Shown here: positions 9,605 to 19,700 of the stretch, in pieces
How positions within the stretch are numbered: position 1 is the first letter of the stretch
How the letters are laid out: every line of letters starts with the position of its first letter
Assembly (NCBI GenBank): GCA_009995365.1
Contig: JAACPR010000003.1
Span: 405-64,404 of the forward strand
Length of the DNA stretch: 64,000 nucleotides
Direction: 5' to 3'
Source of the DNA: Candidatus Parcubacteria bacterium
GTDB lineage: Bacteria; Patescibacteriota; Minisyncoccia; Phycocordibacterales; JAACPR01
The notes under the pieces: generated by a model
Told to the model about the DNA's origin: nothing
Seen by the model: only the letters and a program-made list of their open reading frames with translations
Database searches by the model: none
Position numbers and translations under genes: made by a program

Positions 9605-9859
9605 ATGCGGATAACTTTTCATAGGAAATTTAAGAAAAATATTAAAAAACAACCTAGAAAAGTTCAAATTAAATTTAAAAAAAGATATAAATTATTTAAA
9701 AAAGATCAATTTCATCATTCACTCAACAATCACGCTCTAAAAGGAAAATATTATGGAATTAGAAGTATTAATATAACTGGTGATATTAGGGCTCATTACC
9801 TAGAGGATGATGGAGGTGTTATTTTTCTGGATATCGGTGATCATTCTGACCTATATTAG
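9605..9859 (+). CDS. RelE/YafQ-family mRNA interferase toxin
   Basis: LNNHALKG...RSINITGDIRA...DIGDHSDLY; basic, 84 aa, directly after the antitoxin. Confidence 0.85.
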   Translation: MRITFHRKFKKNIKKQPRKVQIKFKKRYKLFKKDQFHHSLNNHALKGKYYGIRSINITGDIRAHYLEDDGGVIFLDIGDHSDLY

Positions 9860-9872
9860 TTTTGTCTTGATT

Positions 9873-9989
9873 AAAACCCTAACCCAAATACTATCGAGTT
9901 CCTCCGCAGACCTTCGTTGTCAATGACTTTATGTCTTGACATAAGAAGTGTCGAGGACGGGAACGAGAGAGTATTTGGGTTAGGGTTTT
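9873..9989 (+). ncRNA. Structured repeat element, copy 1
   Basis: A 19-bp perfect outer stem around an 82-nt core that is 74/82 identical to 23074-23155, with compensatory changes. Confidence 0.7.
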
Positions 9990-10198
9990 TTTATTGACAC
10001 AAAACTATCTTCTGTTAATATATTCATACGCAGATTTGCGCTTTTTTGTTATTTCGATAAGTTCGCAAAACAAAGACGTAAAAATGTGAGGACAACTTTT
10101 TTAGAGACCTTCTCGTGCTCTCTTAAAAGGTTATCCTGTATGATGCAAACGCATCTTTATTAAATTATTAAAAGTTAAAATTAATTAAAATTATTATT

Positions 10199-11386
10199 AT
10201 GGCAGATTTTGATAGAACAAAACCCCATGTAAACGTTGGAACAATTGGACACGTTGACCATGGTAAAACAACACTTACTGCTGCACTTCTAACAACATTG
10301 AACTCAGCAGGTGAAGGATACTCAGCTAACATGAAAGCTGTTGAAGACATCGACAAAGCCCCAGAAGAAAAGGCTCGTGGTATTACAATTTCACTTTCTC
10401 ACAACGAGTATGAAACTCCAGAGAGACACTATGCTCATATTGATGCTCCAGGTCACGCCGACTACATCAAAAACATGATTACTGGTGCTGCTCAGATGGA
10501 CGGTGCTATTATCGTTGTCGCAGCAACAGATGGTGTTATGCCACAAACTCGTGAACACATCCTACTTGCAAAACAAGTTGGTGTTCCAAAAATTATTATT
10601 TTCTTGAACAAATGTGACATGGTTGATGATGCAGAAATGATCGACCTAGTTGAAGAAGAAGTTCGTGAACTTCTTTCATCTCAAGGATTTGACGGGGAAA
10701 ATGCTCCAGTAGTTAGAGGATCAGCTCTAAAAGCCCTAGAAGGAGATGCTACATGGAAAGAAAAAATTATGGAACTTGCTGGACACATGGATTCTTATAT
10801 TCCAACACCAGAAAGAGAAACTGATAAACCTTTCCTAATGCCAGTTGAAGACGTGTTCTCAATCGAAGGTAGAGGAACTGTTGTAACAGGTAGAATTGAA
10901 AGAGGAAAAATCAAAGTTGGTGAAGAAGTTGAAATTGTTGGTATCAAAGATACTACAAAAACAACTATTACCGGAGTTGAAATGTTCAACAAATCTCTAC
11001 AAGAAGGTATGGCTGGAGACAACGCCGGTCTACTTGTAAGAGGTCTTAAAAAAGATGATATTCACAGAGGTCAAGTTCTAGCTGTGCCAGGGTCAATTAC
11101 TCCACACACAGAATTCGAAGCTGAAGTTTACATCCTAAAGAAAGAAGAAGGAGGACGTCACACACCATTCTTCTCAGGTTATAAACCACAATTCTACATG
11201 AGAACTACAGACGTAACTGGTGAAGTTACTCTAAACGAAGGTGTAGAAATGGTTATGCCAGGAGATACAGTTACTTTCAAAGTAAAACTATCTGCTCCTA
11301 TCGCGATGGAAGATCAACAAAGATTTGCTATCCGTGAAGGTGGTAAAACAGTTGGTGCTGGAGTTATTACAAAAGTTGTAGCTTAA
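10199..11386 (+). CDS. tuf: Elongation factor Tu
   Basis: [34 protein letters not shown] and NKCD. Confidence 0.99.
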   Translation: MADFDRTKPHVNVGTIGHVDHGKTTLTAALLTTLNSAGEGYSANMKAVEDIDKAPEEKARGITISLSHNEYETPERHYAHIDAPGHADYIKNMITGAAQMDGAIIVVAATDGVMPQTREHILLAKQVGVPKIIIFLNKCDMVDDAEMIDLVEEEVRELLSSQGFDGENAPVVRGSALKALEGDATWKEKIMELAGHMDSYIPTPERETDKPFLMPVEDVFSIEGRGTVVTGRIERGKIKVGEEVEIVGIKDTTKTTITGVEMFNKSLQEGMAGDNAGLLVRGLKKDDIHRGQVLAVPGSITPHTEFEAEVYILKKEEGGRHTPFFSGYKPQFYMRTTDVTGEVTLNEGVEMVMPGDTVTFKVKLSAPIAMEDQQRFAIREGGKTVGAGVITKVVA

Positions 11387-11488
11387 TCTAGCTATACTTT
11401 CAGAAGACAGGATATTAGTCAGCCTATTAATTATAAGGCTTATAAATAGAACTAAACCACTGGCTTCATGGGAGTTAATGAATAAAAT

Positions 11489-11824
11489 ATGTCAGATAAA
11501 AAAACTAAAAAAGATGAAGCTAACAGACTTAGAATCAGAGTTCGTGCTTATGAAAGCAAGATTCTAGATTCATCTGTAAAACAAATTATGGATACTGCTT
11601 TGCGTTTCGGCGCAGAAGTGTCAGGTCCTATTCCATTACCGACAGAAATTAAAAAGTATACTGTTAATCGATCTTCCTTTGTTTACAAGGATGCACGAGA
11701 ACAATTCGAAATGAGGGTTCACAAAAGATTGATTGACATTATTGATCCTGATAACAAAGTAATCGAATCTCTAACAAATTTGAGCTTACCATCAGGAGTG
11801 AACATCGACGTTAAAATGATTTAA
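11489..11824 (+). CDS. rpsJ: 30S ribosomal protein S10
   Basis: GPIPLPT and [15 protein letters not shown]. Confidence 0.97.
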   Translation: MSDKKTKKDEANRLRIRVRAYESKILDSSVKQIMDTALRFGAEVSGPIPLPTEIKKYTVNRSSFVYKDAREQFEMRVHKRLIDIIDPDNKVIESLTNLSLPSGVNIDVKMI

Positions 11825-12005
11825 GGTCAAGGATGCTTAATCGAAAGATTAAAAAATCCCTCTGATCGCTCAGACCGTAAAAATTCTTGTATGAATTTTT
11901 ACGGCTTGAGTTTTAATTAAAACAGATAAGAGTTGACATATAGCTTAGATTAGATTAATCTCTATATCTATTGAAAGTCAATGATCTAGACTTAAAAAAA
12001 GTAAA

Positions 12006-12614
12006 ATGAAAGTATTATTAGGAACAAAAGAAAAAATGACACAAATCTTCTCAGACGAAGGTAAAGTGTTTCCGGTAACTGAAATTTCAGCTGGCCCAGT
12101 TGTGGTGACTCAAATCAAAACATCAGACAATGATGGTTATGACGGTATCCAAGTTGGCTACGGAGAGAAAAAGGCAAAGAACATCAACAAGGCGCAACTT
12201 TCTCAATTTAAAGATATGGGTAACTTTCGTTATCTAAAAGAATTTAAATTACCAATTTCAGATGAAATCAAGGTTGGTGAATCTGTAGATGTCGCTTCTT
12301 TTGAAGAGGGAGATAAAATAAGAATCTCATCTTTCTCAAAAGGTAAAGGTTTCCAAGGTGTTGTTAAAAGACACGGCTTCAAAGGAGGACCGAGAACTCA
12401 CGGACAAAAGCACTCAGAAAGAGAGCCTGGTTCAATTGGTTCAACAGGACCACAGAGAGTTTTCAAAGGAACTCGTATGGGAGGTAGAATGGGTAATGAC
12501 AGAGTTACCTTAAAAGATGTTGAAATTATTAAAATAGACAAAGAGAATAACAAAATCTTCGTCAAAGGAAGTATCCCTGGTCGTAGAGGAACTTTGATTG
12601 AAATTCAAGGATAA
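12006..12614 (+). CDS. rplC: 50S ribosomal protein L3
   Basis: SKGKGFQGVVKRHGF; expected operon position. Confidence 0.97.
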   Translation: MKVLLGTKEKMTQIFSDEGKVFPVTEISAGPVVVTQIKTSDNDGYDGIQVGYGEKKAKNINKAQLSQFKDMGNFRYLKEFKLPISDEIKVGESVDVASFEEGDKIRISSFSKGKGFQGVVKRHGFKGGPRTHGQKHSEREPGSIGSTGPQRVFKGTRMGGRMGNDRVTLKDVEIIKIDKENNKIFVKGSIPGRRGTLIEIQG

Positions 12615-12632
12615 GGAAATTAAAATAGTATT

Positions 12633-13322
12633 ATGAAATTAGCAATTTATGACAAAAAAGGAAAAGAGATTGAAAAGGTAGATTTACCTGCAGAAATCTT
12701 TGATGTTCCTTTCAATGCTGACTTGGTTCACCAAGTAGCTGTATCAATGGCTTCTTCTGCAAGATCAAATACTGCTCACGCAAAGGATAGAAGTGAAGTA
12801 TCTGGTGGAGGTAAAAAACCATGGAAACAAAAAGGAACAGGTCGTGCTCGTCACGGTTCAACAAGATCACCTATCTGGGTAGGTGGAGGTACTACACATG
12901 GACCAAGAAACGAAAGAAACTACGACAAAAAAATCAATAAAAAGGTAAAAGCAAAATCTCTTGCAATTATCCTTTCACAAAAAGCTCGTGATAATGAGAT
13001 TGTTTTAATAGATTCTTTATCACTAAATGAAATCAAAACAAAAGAAGCGGTTTCAATTATTAACTCACTTGCTAAAAATGATTCTCTAAAAGGGCTTAAA
13101 ACAAAGAAAAACAATGCAGGTATTATTTCTCTTTCAGAGAGAAATGAAAATACTGAGAAAAGTTTTAGAAATATCAGTAACCTAAAAATGGATCTTGTTC
13201 AAAACTTAAACATATCTGATTTGCTAAAATATAAATATCTTGTTTTAGTTAATCCAAAAGAGAGTTTTGAAATTTTAACTGGTCGTGTTAAAACTGGGAA
13301 AGTAACAGAAAATAACAAATAG
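12633..13322 (+). CDS. rplD: 50S ribosomal protein L4
   Basis: GGGKKPWKQKGTGRARHGSTRSP. Confidence 0.97.
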   Translation: MKLAIYDKKGKEIEKVDLPAEIFDVPFNADLVHQVAVSMASSARSNTAHAKDRSEVSGGGKKPWKQKGTGRARHGSTRSPIWVGGGTTHGPRNERNYDKKINKKVKAKSLAIILSQKARDNEIVLIDSLSLNEIKTKEAVSIINSLAKNDSLKGLKTKKNNAGIISLSERNENTEKSFRNISNLKMDLVQNLNISDLLKYKYLVLVNPKESFEILTGRVKTGKVTENNK

Positions 13323-13326
13323 TATT

Positions 13327-13716
13327 ATGGCTTTATTTGGTAAAAAGAAAGATAAAGAAGAAAAGAAAGTAGAAAAAACTACAGAAAAGAAATCTTCTAA
13401 TAAAAAAGAATCAGCTGTTAATACAGCACAAGATTTAACTTGGGTTTTAAAAGGGCCAAGAATTACAGAAAAAGGTGCTATAGTTGCAGAATCAAACAAT
13501 GTTTACACTTTTAATATTGATAAAGGTGCTAACAAAAATGATGTCTCAAAAGCTATCGAAGCAATTTACAAGGTAAACCCAGTCAAAGTTGCAATTTCAA
13601 AAATTCCAACTAAAAAAGTTCAAGTTCGTGGTCAAAGAGGAAAATTTGGTAACAAAGGTGGAGGTAAGAAAGCTTTTGTTTATCTTAAAAAGGGAGACAA
13701 AATCGAATTTGTATAA
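13327..13716 (+). CDS. rplW: 50S ribosomal protein L23 with Lys/Glu-rich N-terminal extension
   Basis: PRITEK, YTFNIDKGANK and KKAFVYL. Confidence 0.95.
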   Translation: MALFGKKKDKEEKKVEKTTEKKSSNKKESAVNTAQDLTWVLKGPRITEKGAIVAESNNVYTFNIDKGANKNDVSKAIEAIYKVNPVKVAISKIPTKKVQVRGQRGKFGNKGGGKKAFVYLKKGDKIEFV

Positions 13717-13739
13717 AAATTTAATTAATTAATAGTATT

Positions 13740-14576
13740 ATGAAGAAATTTAAACCAACATCACCAGGAAGAAGAAACATGAGTGCTATCGAGCACAAAA
13801 AGGTTATTACTGCTACAAAACCAGAAAAATCACTAACAAGAGGTCGCAAGAGGGCTGTTGGTCGTAACTCTGCTGGTCGTATAACAACTCGTCACAAAGG
13901 TGGTGGTGTAAAGAGAAGATACAGAGAAATTGACTTTAAATATAACAAGCATGATATTCCTGCAAAAATTGCTACTATCGAATATGATCCAAACAGAAAT
14001 GGGTATATCGGACTTTTGAATTATGCCGATGGTGAAAAAAGATACATTCTACTACCACAAAAAGTCAAAGTTGGTGATGAGATAATTGTTTCTGAAAAAG
14101 CTAAAGTAAAGCCAGCTAATAGACTACCTCTTTCAAAAATGCCGGTTGGAACTTTCGTTTATAATGTTGAACTTAAAAGAAATAATGGTGCCAAATTAAT
14201 TCGTTCAGCTGGTAATTATGCTGAGGTTGTCGCACAAGACGATGATATGACTCATCTAAAGATGCCATCAACTGAAATCAGAAGAGTTCCATCTACTGCG
14301 TGGGCATCAGTTGGAGAAGTTTCTAATCCAGAATACAGATTGCGTAACTGGGGTAAGGCTGGTCTAAAGAGAAAGAAGGGTATCAGACCAACAGTTCGTG
14401 GTTCTGTTATGAACCCTGTAGACCACCCTCATGGTGGTGGTGAAGGTAAACAAGGAATCGGTCTGCGTCGTGGGCCTAAAACTCGCCAAGGTAAGCTTGC
14501 ATACGGAGTCAAGACTAGAAAACCAAAGAAATACTCAAATCGTAATATTCTTAAGAGAAGAAAGACAAAGCGATAA
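13740..14576 (+). CDS. rplB: 50S ribosomal protein L2
   Basis: IEYDPNR and MNPVDHPHGGGEG. Confidence 0.98.
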   Translation: MKKFKPTSPGRRNMSAIEHKKVITATKPEKSLTRGRKRAVGRNSAGRITTRHKGGGVKRRYREIDFKYNKHDIPAKIATIEYDPNRNGYIGLLNYADGEKRYILLPQKVKVGDEIIVSEKAKVKPANRLPLSKMPVGTFVYNVELKRNNGAKLIRSAGNYAEVVAQDDDMTHLKMPSTEIRRVPSTAWASVGEVSNPEYRLRNWGKAGLKRKKGIRPTVRGSVMNPVDHPHGGGEGKQGIGLRRGPKTRQGKLAYGVKTRKPKKYSNRNILKRRKTKR

Positions 14577-14580
14577 AAAC

Positions 14581-14607
14581 AAAAAACCAGCAATACGCTG
14601 GTTTTTT
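14581..14607 (+). terminator. Intrinsic terminator after rplB, abutting TGtTATAAT
   Basis: aaaaaaccagc-aatac-gctggtttttt. Confidence 0.75.
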
Positions 14608-14626
14608 GTTATAATGTAGTTTACAA

Positions 14627-15274
14627 ATGAATACTTTAATTATTTTATTATCAAACGGGTTATTTGGTTATTATGCAATAATCAATGAGGTAGGAATTGG
14701 CTATGTATTGTTAACCTTTTTAATTGAAGGATTATTTTTTGCTTTTTTTAGTCATCGCAGAATTAAGAAAATTAAGAATTTTTCAGTTAAAGATATGAAA
14801 GTTAATGGCCAAAATCTTGAGAAAGAAGATACATCCCCTGAAAATCAGGCCCATTTTTTCTTGTTTTTGTCGGTTTTTTCATTCGGTATTGTTTCTATGT
14901 TTTTGTTCGTAGCTCTATTTACGGAGCAAGGTTCAGAATTGGGCCTAGTATATAAACATGATAATTATATTTACCTATTTATTTTAATGTTCTTTTTATC
15001 TTCATATTTCAAATATAAACAAGATATAGAAAAAGATAAAAAAAGAGAAATTTTACTTTCCACTATGTTTTCTCTAGGAATAATTAGAGCTTTCGTTTTT
15101 GTCCCAATTATAATTTTTGGTCCTATGATATTTCAATCTCAAGGAGGTGAAATGAATACAGATAGTGTTTTGATTATTTTCTTCATTTTTATAAAGGTTT
15201 TTCTAGTAGATTTCCCATCTCAAGGCATGAATGTTTATACTGAAAACGAAATAAAAACTGATAATAATATATAA
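14627..15274 (+). CDS. Hypothetical multi-pass membrane protein inserted in the S10 operon
   Basis: About six hydrophobic segments; sits between rplB and rpsS. Confidence 0.75.
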   Translation: MNTLIILLSNGLFGYYAIINEVGIGYVLLTFLIEGLFFAFFSHRRIKKIKNFSVKDMKVNGQNLEKEDTSPENQAHFFLFLSVFSFGIVSMFLFVALFTEQGSELGLVYKHDNYIYLFILMFFLSSYFKYKQDIEKDKKREILLSTMFSLGIIRAFVFVPIIIFGPMIFQSQGGEMNTDSVLIIFFIFIKVFLVDFPSQGMNVYTENEIKTDNNI

Positions 15275-15278
15275 AACA

Positions 15279-15306
15279 TTGACAACTTTCTAAGTTTTGC
15301 TAGTAT
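15279..15306 (+). promoter_or_regulatory. Internal promoter upstream of rpsS
   Basis: TTGACA-16 nt-TAGTAT with TG extension. Confidence 0.6.
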
Positions 15307-15398
15307 GATGCGCAAGCTCTAAGGCGAGCATTTTTATTTCTGACTCAATAAACGCGACAGAGATGTCTGACGGGGTCAGAGGTAAGCAAAAAATAATT

Positions 15399-15728
15399 AT
15401 GACAAGATCACTAAAGAAAGGTCCATATGTGGACGAAAAACTGTTAAAGAAAATCGAAGGAAAAAAACCAGCAGAAACTGGGTCTATTAAAACATGGGCA
15501 AGAAATTCACAAATCTCACCAGAGATGGTTGGTTTCACTTTCGGAGTCCACAATGGGAAAACTCATGTGGATGTTTTAGTAACAGAAGAAATGGTCGGTC
15601 ATAGATTAGGAGAATTCTCTCCTACAAAGAAATTCGTTAGACACGGAGGTAAGATGCAAAAAGAACTTGAACAAGCTAAAAGAGAATCTGAAATTGCTGC
15701 TGCAAAAGCCGCTAAAGCAAACGATTAA
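15399..15728 (+). CDS. rpsS: 30S ribosomal protein S19
   Basis: [12 protein letters not shown] and [12 protein letters not shown]; start moved to ATG 15399. Confidence 0.97.
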   Translation: MTRSLKKGPYVDEKLLKKIEGKKPAETGSIKTWARNSQISPEMVGFTFGVHNGKTHVDVLVTEEMVGHRLGEFSPTKKFVRHGGKMQKELEQAKRESEIAAAKAAKAND

Positions 15729-15733
15729 TTATT

Positions 15734-16213
15734 ATGGTTAAAGCAGAACTAAAAAATTATAGACAATCTCCAAGAAAAGTTAGACTAGTTGCTGACTTGA
15801 TTAGAGGAAAGAAAGCAGAAGATGCTTTGACTCTTTTAGATTTCACAGTAAAAAGATCATCAGATCCTTTGAGAAAGCTTTTGGAATCTGCTATTGCTAA
15901 TGCAAAGCATAATTTTGATATTCCAGTCAACGAATTATTCGTCAAAGAAATTCGTGTTGATGAAGGTCCAACTCTAAAAAGATTTAGAGCAAGAGCATTT
16001 GGTCGTGCCTCAGGCATCAAAAAAAGAACTTCAAGAGTTTTAATAAACTTGGATAAAATAGTATCTAATACAAAAAAAGAAGTTTCAAAGAAAGATTCAG
16101 TTGATTCAAAAGAATCTAAAGAGTTTACAAAAGAAACTGCAAAAGACTCGTCAAATAAAACTACAGCTAAAAAAACTACAAAAAAAGCTGTAACTAAAAC
16201 AAGTAAAAAATAA
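15734..16213 (+). CDS. rplV: 50S ribosomal protein L22 with K/T/S-rich C-terminal tail
   Basis: RQSPRKVRLVADLIRG and VDEGPTLKRFRARAFGR. Confidence 0.97.
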   Translation: MVKAELKNYRQSPRKVRLVADLIRGKKAEDALTLLDFTVKRSSDPLRKLLESAIANAKHNFDIPVNELFVKEIRVDEGPTLKRFRARAFGRASGIKKRTSRVLINLDKIVSNTKKEVSKKDSVDSKESKEFTKETAKDSSNKTTAKKTTKKAVTKTSKK

Positions 16214-16215
16214 TT

Positions 16216-16875
16216 ATGTCACACACAGTTCACCCATATTCACATAGGCTAGGAATACTAAGAGATTGGAAATCTCGCTGGTTTGGTGATGGTAAAAAAT
16301 ATCGTCAAAATCTAAAAGCAGACACTTTGATTAGAAAATTTGTTATTGATCGATTAGAAGGAATGTATGTTGCTTCTGTTGAAATGGAAAGGAACAAAAA
16401 AACTTTTAGAATAGTTATTCAATCATCACGCCCAGGACTTATTATTGGTCGTAGTGGAGAAGGTGCAGAAAAACTTCGTAAAGATGTTGAAAAATTCATG
16501 AGAAAACATGATATCCAAGAAAAAGACGGTGAATTAAAAATCGATATCGAAGAAGTTAAATCTCCAGAATCAAACGCTATGATCGTTGCGTTACAAGTAA
16601 AAGAAATGCTTGAAAAGAGAATGGCGTTTCGTCGTGTAATGAAACAAACTGTCGAAAAGGTAATGGCTAACCGCGATGCAAAGGGAGTTAGAATTAGAAT
16701 CGCAGGTCGTCTGAATGGAGCTGATATGGCTAGAACTGAAGAGTTAATGAAGGGAAGAGTTCCACTACAAACTTTTCGTGCAGATATTGATTTTGCTAAT
16801 GTTAGAGCTAAAATTCCACAGGGAGATCTTGGGGTTAAAATTTGGATCTATAGAGGTGAAGTATTTGATAAATAA
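16216..16875 (+). CDS. rpsC: 30S ribosomal protein S3
   Basis: RPGLIIGRSG and GRVPLQTFRADID. Confidence 0.97.
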   Translation: MSHTVHPYSHRLGILRDWKSRWFGDGKKYRQNLKADTLIRKFVIDRLEGMYVASVEMERNKKTFRIVIQSSRPGLIIGRSGEGAEKLRKDVEKFMRKHDIQEKDGELKIDIEEVKSPESNAMIVALQVKEMLEKRMAFRRVMKQTVEKVMANRDAKGVRIRIAGRLNGADMARTEELMKGRVPLQTFRADIDFANVRAKIPQGDLGVKIWIYRGEVFDK

Positions 16876-16881
16876 AACAAT

Positions 16882-17307
16882 ATGTCGTTATTTCCTAAAA
16901 AAGTAAAACACAGAAAATGGCAAACTGGTCGTCAACACCCAGAAAAGCTTTCTCGTCCTGCAACAAGAGGAGTTGAGATTAACTTTGGTTCACATGCCCT
17001 AAAGGCAACAACACCTGCAAGGGTTAAATCAAATCAAATCGAAGCTGCTCGTCGTGCAATGAGTCGTCATATGGGTAAAACTGGACGTTCATGGATTAGA
17101 ATTTTTCCAGATAGACCTTTCACTAAAAAACCATCAGAAGTAAAGATGGGTAAGGGTAAAGGAGACCTTCAAGGATATGAAGCGGTTGTAAAACCTGGAA
17201 GAATTATTTTTGAAATTGACGGTGTCACAGAAGAAGTAGCAAAAGAAGCTTTGAGAAAAGCTGGAACAAAACTTCCACTAAAAACTAAAATAGTTGCCAG
17301 AGATTAA
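16882..17307 (+). CDS. rplP: 50S ribosomal protein L16
   Basis: [15 protein letters not shown] and MGKGKG. Confidence 0.97.
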   Translation: MSLFPKKVKHRKWQTGRQHPEKLSRPATRGVEINFGSHALKATTPARVKSNQIEAARRAMSRHMGKTGRSWIRIFPDRPFTKKPSEVKMGKGKGDLQGYEAVVKPGRIIFEIDGVTEEVAKEALRKAGTKLPLKTKIVARD

Positions 17308-17337
17308 AAATTTGTTAAAGTATTTTCCTAAAATAAC

Positions 17338-17517
17338 ATGTCAAAAGAACTAAAAACAAAATCAGATAAAGAATTGCAAAAGATGCTAAAAGAGGCTCGT
17401 GAAGAGTTGCGTAAATTTAGATTTTCTCAAGTTGGTTCAAGCACAAGGAATGTTAAAGAAGGACAAAAAAATCGTAAACAAATCGCTAGAATTTTAACTG
17501 AAATTAATAATAGATAA
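17338..17517 (+). CDS. rpmC: 50S ribosomal protein L29 (59 aa, below the ORF-track cutoff)
   Basis: Translated by hand as MSKELKTKSDKELQKMLKEAREELRKFRF...RKQIARILTEINNR; lies between rplP and rpsQ. Confidence 0.93.
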   Translation: MSKELKTKSDKELQKMLKEAREELRKFRFSQVGSSTRNVKEGQKNRKQIARILTEINNR

Positions 17518-17519
17518 TT

Positions 17520-17819
17520 ATGGATAATAAAACAGAACAAAAAAATACAGAAAACAAAGGAAAAGTTCTAGTTGGAATAGTGACTTCTAACAAGATGGAT
17601 AAAACAGCTGTTGTTAGAGTTGACCAATACAAAAAACATCCAAAATATCAAAAATATGTTTCTTCAAAAAAGAGCTATAAAATACATGATGAAGATAATT
17701 CTTTAAATATTGGTGATAAAGTAGAAATTGTAGAAACAAAACCTATCTCAAAAGACAAAAGATTTAAACTTTCAAATATAATTGAAAAAGCAGTTATAAT
17801 TGACCTTAACGAAGAATAA
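17520..17819 (+). CDS. rpsQ: 30S ribosomal protein S17
   Basis: GIVTSNKMDKT, HPKYQK and ETKPISKDKRF. Confidence 0.97.
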   Translation: MDNKTEQKNTENKGKVLVGIVTSNKMDKTAVVRVDQYKKHPKYQKYVSSKKSYKIHDEDNSLNIGDKVEIVETKPISKDKRFKLSNIIEKAVIIDLNEE

Positions 17820-17828
17820 AAAAGTAAT

Positions 17829-18200
17829 ATGATTCAACCACAAACATTAGTAACAGTAACAGATAACTCAGGAGCAAAAATTGCTAGAGTATTCAAAGTG
17901 CTTGGAGCTTCAAAGAAAAGATACGCCGAGATCGGTGAAAAGGTTGTTATTGCTATTCAAAAAGCAGAACCTAGAAAACAAGTTAAAAAGAAAGATGTTT
18001 TGCACGCAGTTGTTGTTAGACAAAAGAAACCTTTCCGTAGAAAAGATGGTTCTTATATTAGATTCGATGAGAATTCAGTGGTTATTGTTAACAAAGAAAC
18101 TGGTGAACCTATTGCAAACCGTGTTTTCGGTCCGGTTCCAAGAGAATTAACAGAAAAAGGTTACCAACAAGTAACTTCATTAGCACCAGAAGTAATTTAA
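17829..18200 (+). CDS. rplN: 50S ribosomal protein L14
   Basis: [14 protein letters not shown] and SLAPEVI. Confidence 0.98.
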   Translation: MIQPQTLVTVTDNSGAKIARVFKVLGASKKRYAEIGEKVVIAIQKAEPRKQVKKKDVLHAVVVRQKKPFRRKDGSYIRFDENSVVIVNKETGEPIANRVFGPVPRELTEKGYQQVTSLAPEVI

Positions 18201-18205
18201 TTATT

Positions 18206-18448
18206 ATGAAAATCAAAAAAGACGACAACATCATAGTTATCACTGGAAAAGATAAAGGTAAGAAAGGAAAAGTTATCAAGGCTATTCCTAGTGAAGACAA
18301 GGTAATCGTAGAAGGTGTTAATATTGTAAAGAGACACAGAAAATCTAACCAAAGAGATAAAAAAGGGGAGATAGTAGAAGTTGCTGCACCTATTCATGTT
18401 TCTAATGTTAAATTAGAAAAAGAAACTAAAAAAGAAGCTAAGAAATAA
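18206..18448 (+). CDS. rplX: 50S ribosomal protein L24 (short form)
   Basis: [16 protein letters not shown] and APIHVSNV. Confidence 0.96.
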   Translation: MKIKKDDNIIVITGKDKGKKGKVIKAIPSEDKVIVEGVNIVKRHRKSNQRDKKGEIVEVAAPIHVSNVKLEKETKKEAKK

Positions 18449-18459
18449 TAAAAATTATT

Positions 18460-18999
18460 ATGTTTAAGACAGTATCACAAAAACAAAAACAGGCATTTGA
18501 ATCATTGAAAGAAAAATTCAATTATAAAAATCCTAATGAAGCACCTAGAATTGAAAAGGTTGTTGTTTCAACTGGTGTGGGTTCAACAACTGACAAACAA
18601 AAATTGAAATTAGTTCCTGAAAAACTAGCTCTAATCACAGGACAAAAACCTCGTGAGATTAAAGCTAAAAAATCAATTGCACAATTCAAAGTGCGAGAAG
18701 GACAACTTTCAGCTTATAAAGTTACACTTCGTGGAGAAAAGGCTCTTGGTTTCTTGGATAAAGTAATAGATATCGCTCTTCCAAGAACTAGAGACTTTAG
18801 AGGTCTATCTGCTGATTCAGTAGATGAAATGGGTAATTATACATTTGGTGTTAAGGAAAATACTATTTTCCCAGAAACATCTGATGAAGAGTTGAGAAAT
18901 GTGTTTGGAATGTCGGTAACAATAGTTGTTTCAAATACAGATTCAAAGGAAGAGACAATTTCTTTCTTGGAATTAATAGGATTGCCTTTTAAAAAATAA
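18460..18999 (+). CDS. rplE: 50S ribosomal protein L5
   Basis: ITGQKP, KVTLRG and LPRTRDFRGL. Confidence 0.97.
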   Translation: MFKTVSQKQKQAFESLKEKFNYKNPNEAPRIEKVVVSTGVGSTTDKQKLKLVPEKLALITGQKPREIKAKKSIAQFKVREGQLSAYKVTLRGEKALGFLDKVIDIALPRTRDFRGLSADSVDEMGNYTFGVKENTIFPETSDEELRNVFGMSVTIVVSNTDSKEETISFLELIGLPFKK

Positions 19000-19026
19000 A
19001 TATAGCCCTTTAATTAAAGATTATCG

Positions 19027-19055
19027 TTGACATATGCAAGCCTTATTGCTAGTAT
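19027..19055 (+). promoter_or_regulatory. Internal promoter upstream of rpsN
   Basis: TTGACA-17 nt-TAGTAT with TG extension. Confidence 0.6.
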
Positions 19056-19118
19056 ATGGCAACCTTATCTAAAGAGGCTTTTTTATTAAGAAAAAGGCAA
19101 GATTTAAATGTTAAAAAT

Positions 19119-19304
19119 ATGGCAAAAAAATCAGTAATCGCAAGATCACAAAAAGAACCAAAATTTAAAAGTCGTGTCGTAAGACGCTGTTTTAAATGTG
19201 GAAGAAAACACGGTTATATGCGTGATTTCGATATGTGTCGTATTTGTTTTAGAGAATTATCTAACAAAGGCGAAATTCCTGGTATTAAAAAATCATCATG
19301 GTAA
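19119..19304 (+). CDS. rpsN: 30S ribosomal protein S14, zinc-binding (61 aa) type
   Basis: MAKKS...RCFKCGR...MCRICFRE...PGIKKSSW; start set at ATG 19119. Confidence 0.96.
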   Translation: MAKKSVIARSQKEPKFKSRVVRRCFKCGRKHGYMRDFDMCRICFRELSNKGEIPGIKKSSW

Positions 19305-19690
19305 AAGATTCAATTTCAAACTTAATAACATCACTAAAGAATGCTTCAATGGCAGGCAAGGATTCTGTTTCTGTTCCTGCTACAAAAATGATAGTTTCAG
19401 TATTGGATGTTTTGAAAAAGAAAAATTATATTGATAGTTATTCTCTAGAAGGACAAGATCCTAAAAAGGTAGCAAATATTTCAATAAAATATGAAAACGG
19501 AAACCCAGCTATTCATGATGTAAAAAGAGTTTCAAAGTTTTCACAAAGAATTTATAAAAATGTTAAGAATATAAAACCAGTTAAAAATGGTTACGGAATG
19601 CTTATCTTAACAACTCCACAAGGTATTCTAACTGACAAAGAAGCGGTCGATAAAAAAGTCGGTGGAGAAGCATTATTCAAGATTTGGTAA
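19298..19690 (+). CDS. rpsH: 30S ribosomal protein S8
   Basis: [22 protein letters not shown] and VGGE. Confidence 0.96.
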   Translation: MVKDSISNLITSLKNASMAGKDSVSVPATKMIVSVLDVLKKKNYIDSYSLEGQDPKKVANISIKYENGNPAIHDVKRVSKFSQRIYKNVKNIKPVKNGYGMLILTTPQGILTDKEAVDKKVGGEALFKIW

Positions 19691-19700
19691 TAAAATATAT

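Noticed and set aside
9890-9971. Duplicated structured element as an HDV-like ribozyme (minus strand has gttccc-gtcctcg...ggaac)
   Set aside because: No P1 helix or nested double pseudoknot could be built by eye in either copy.
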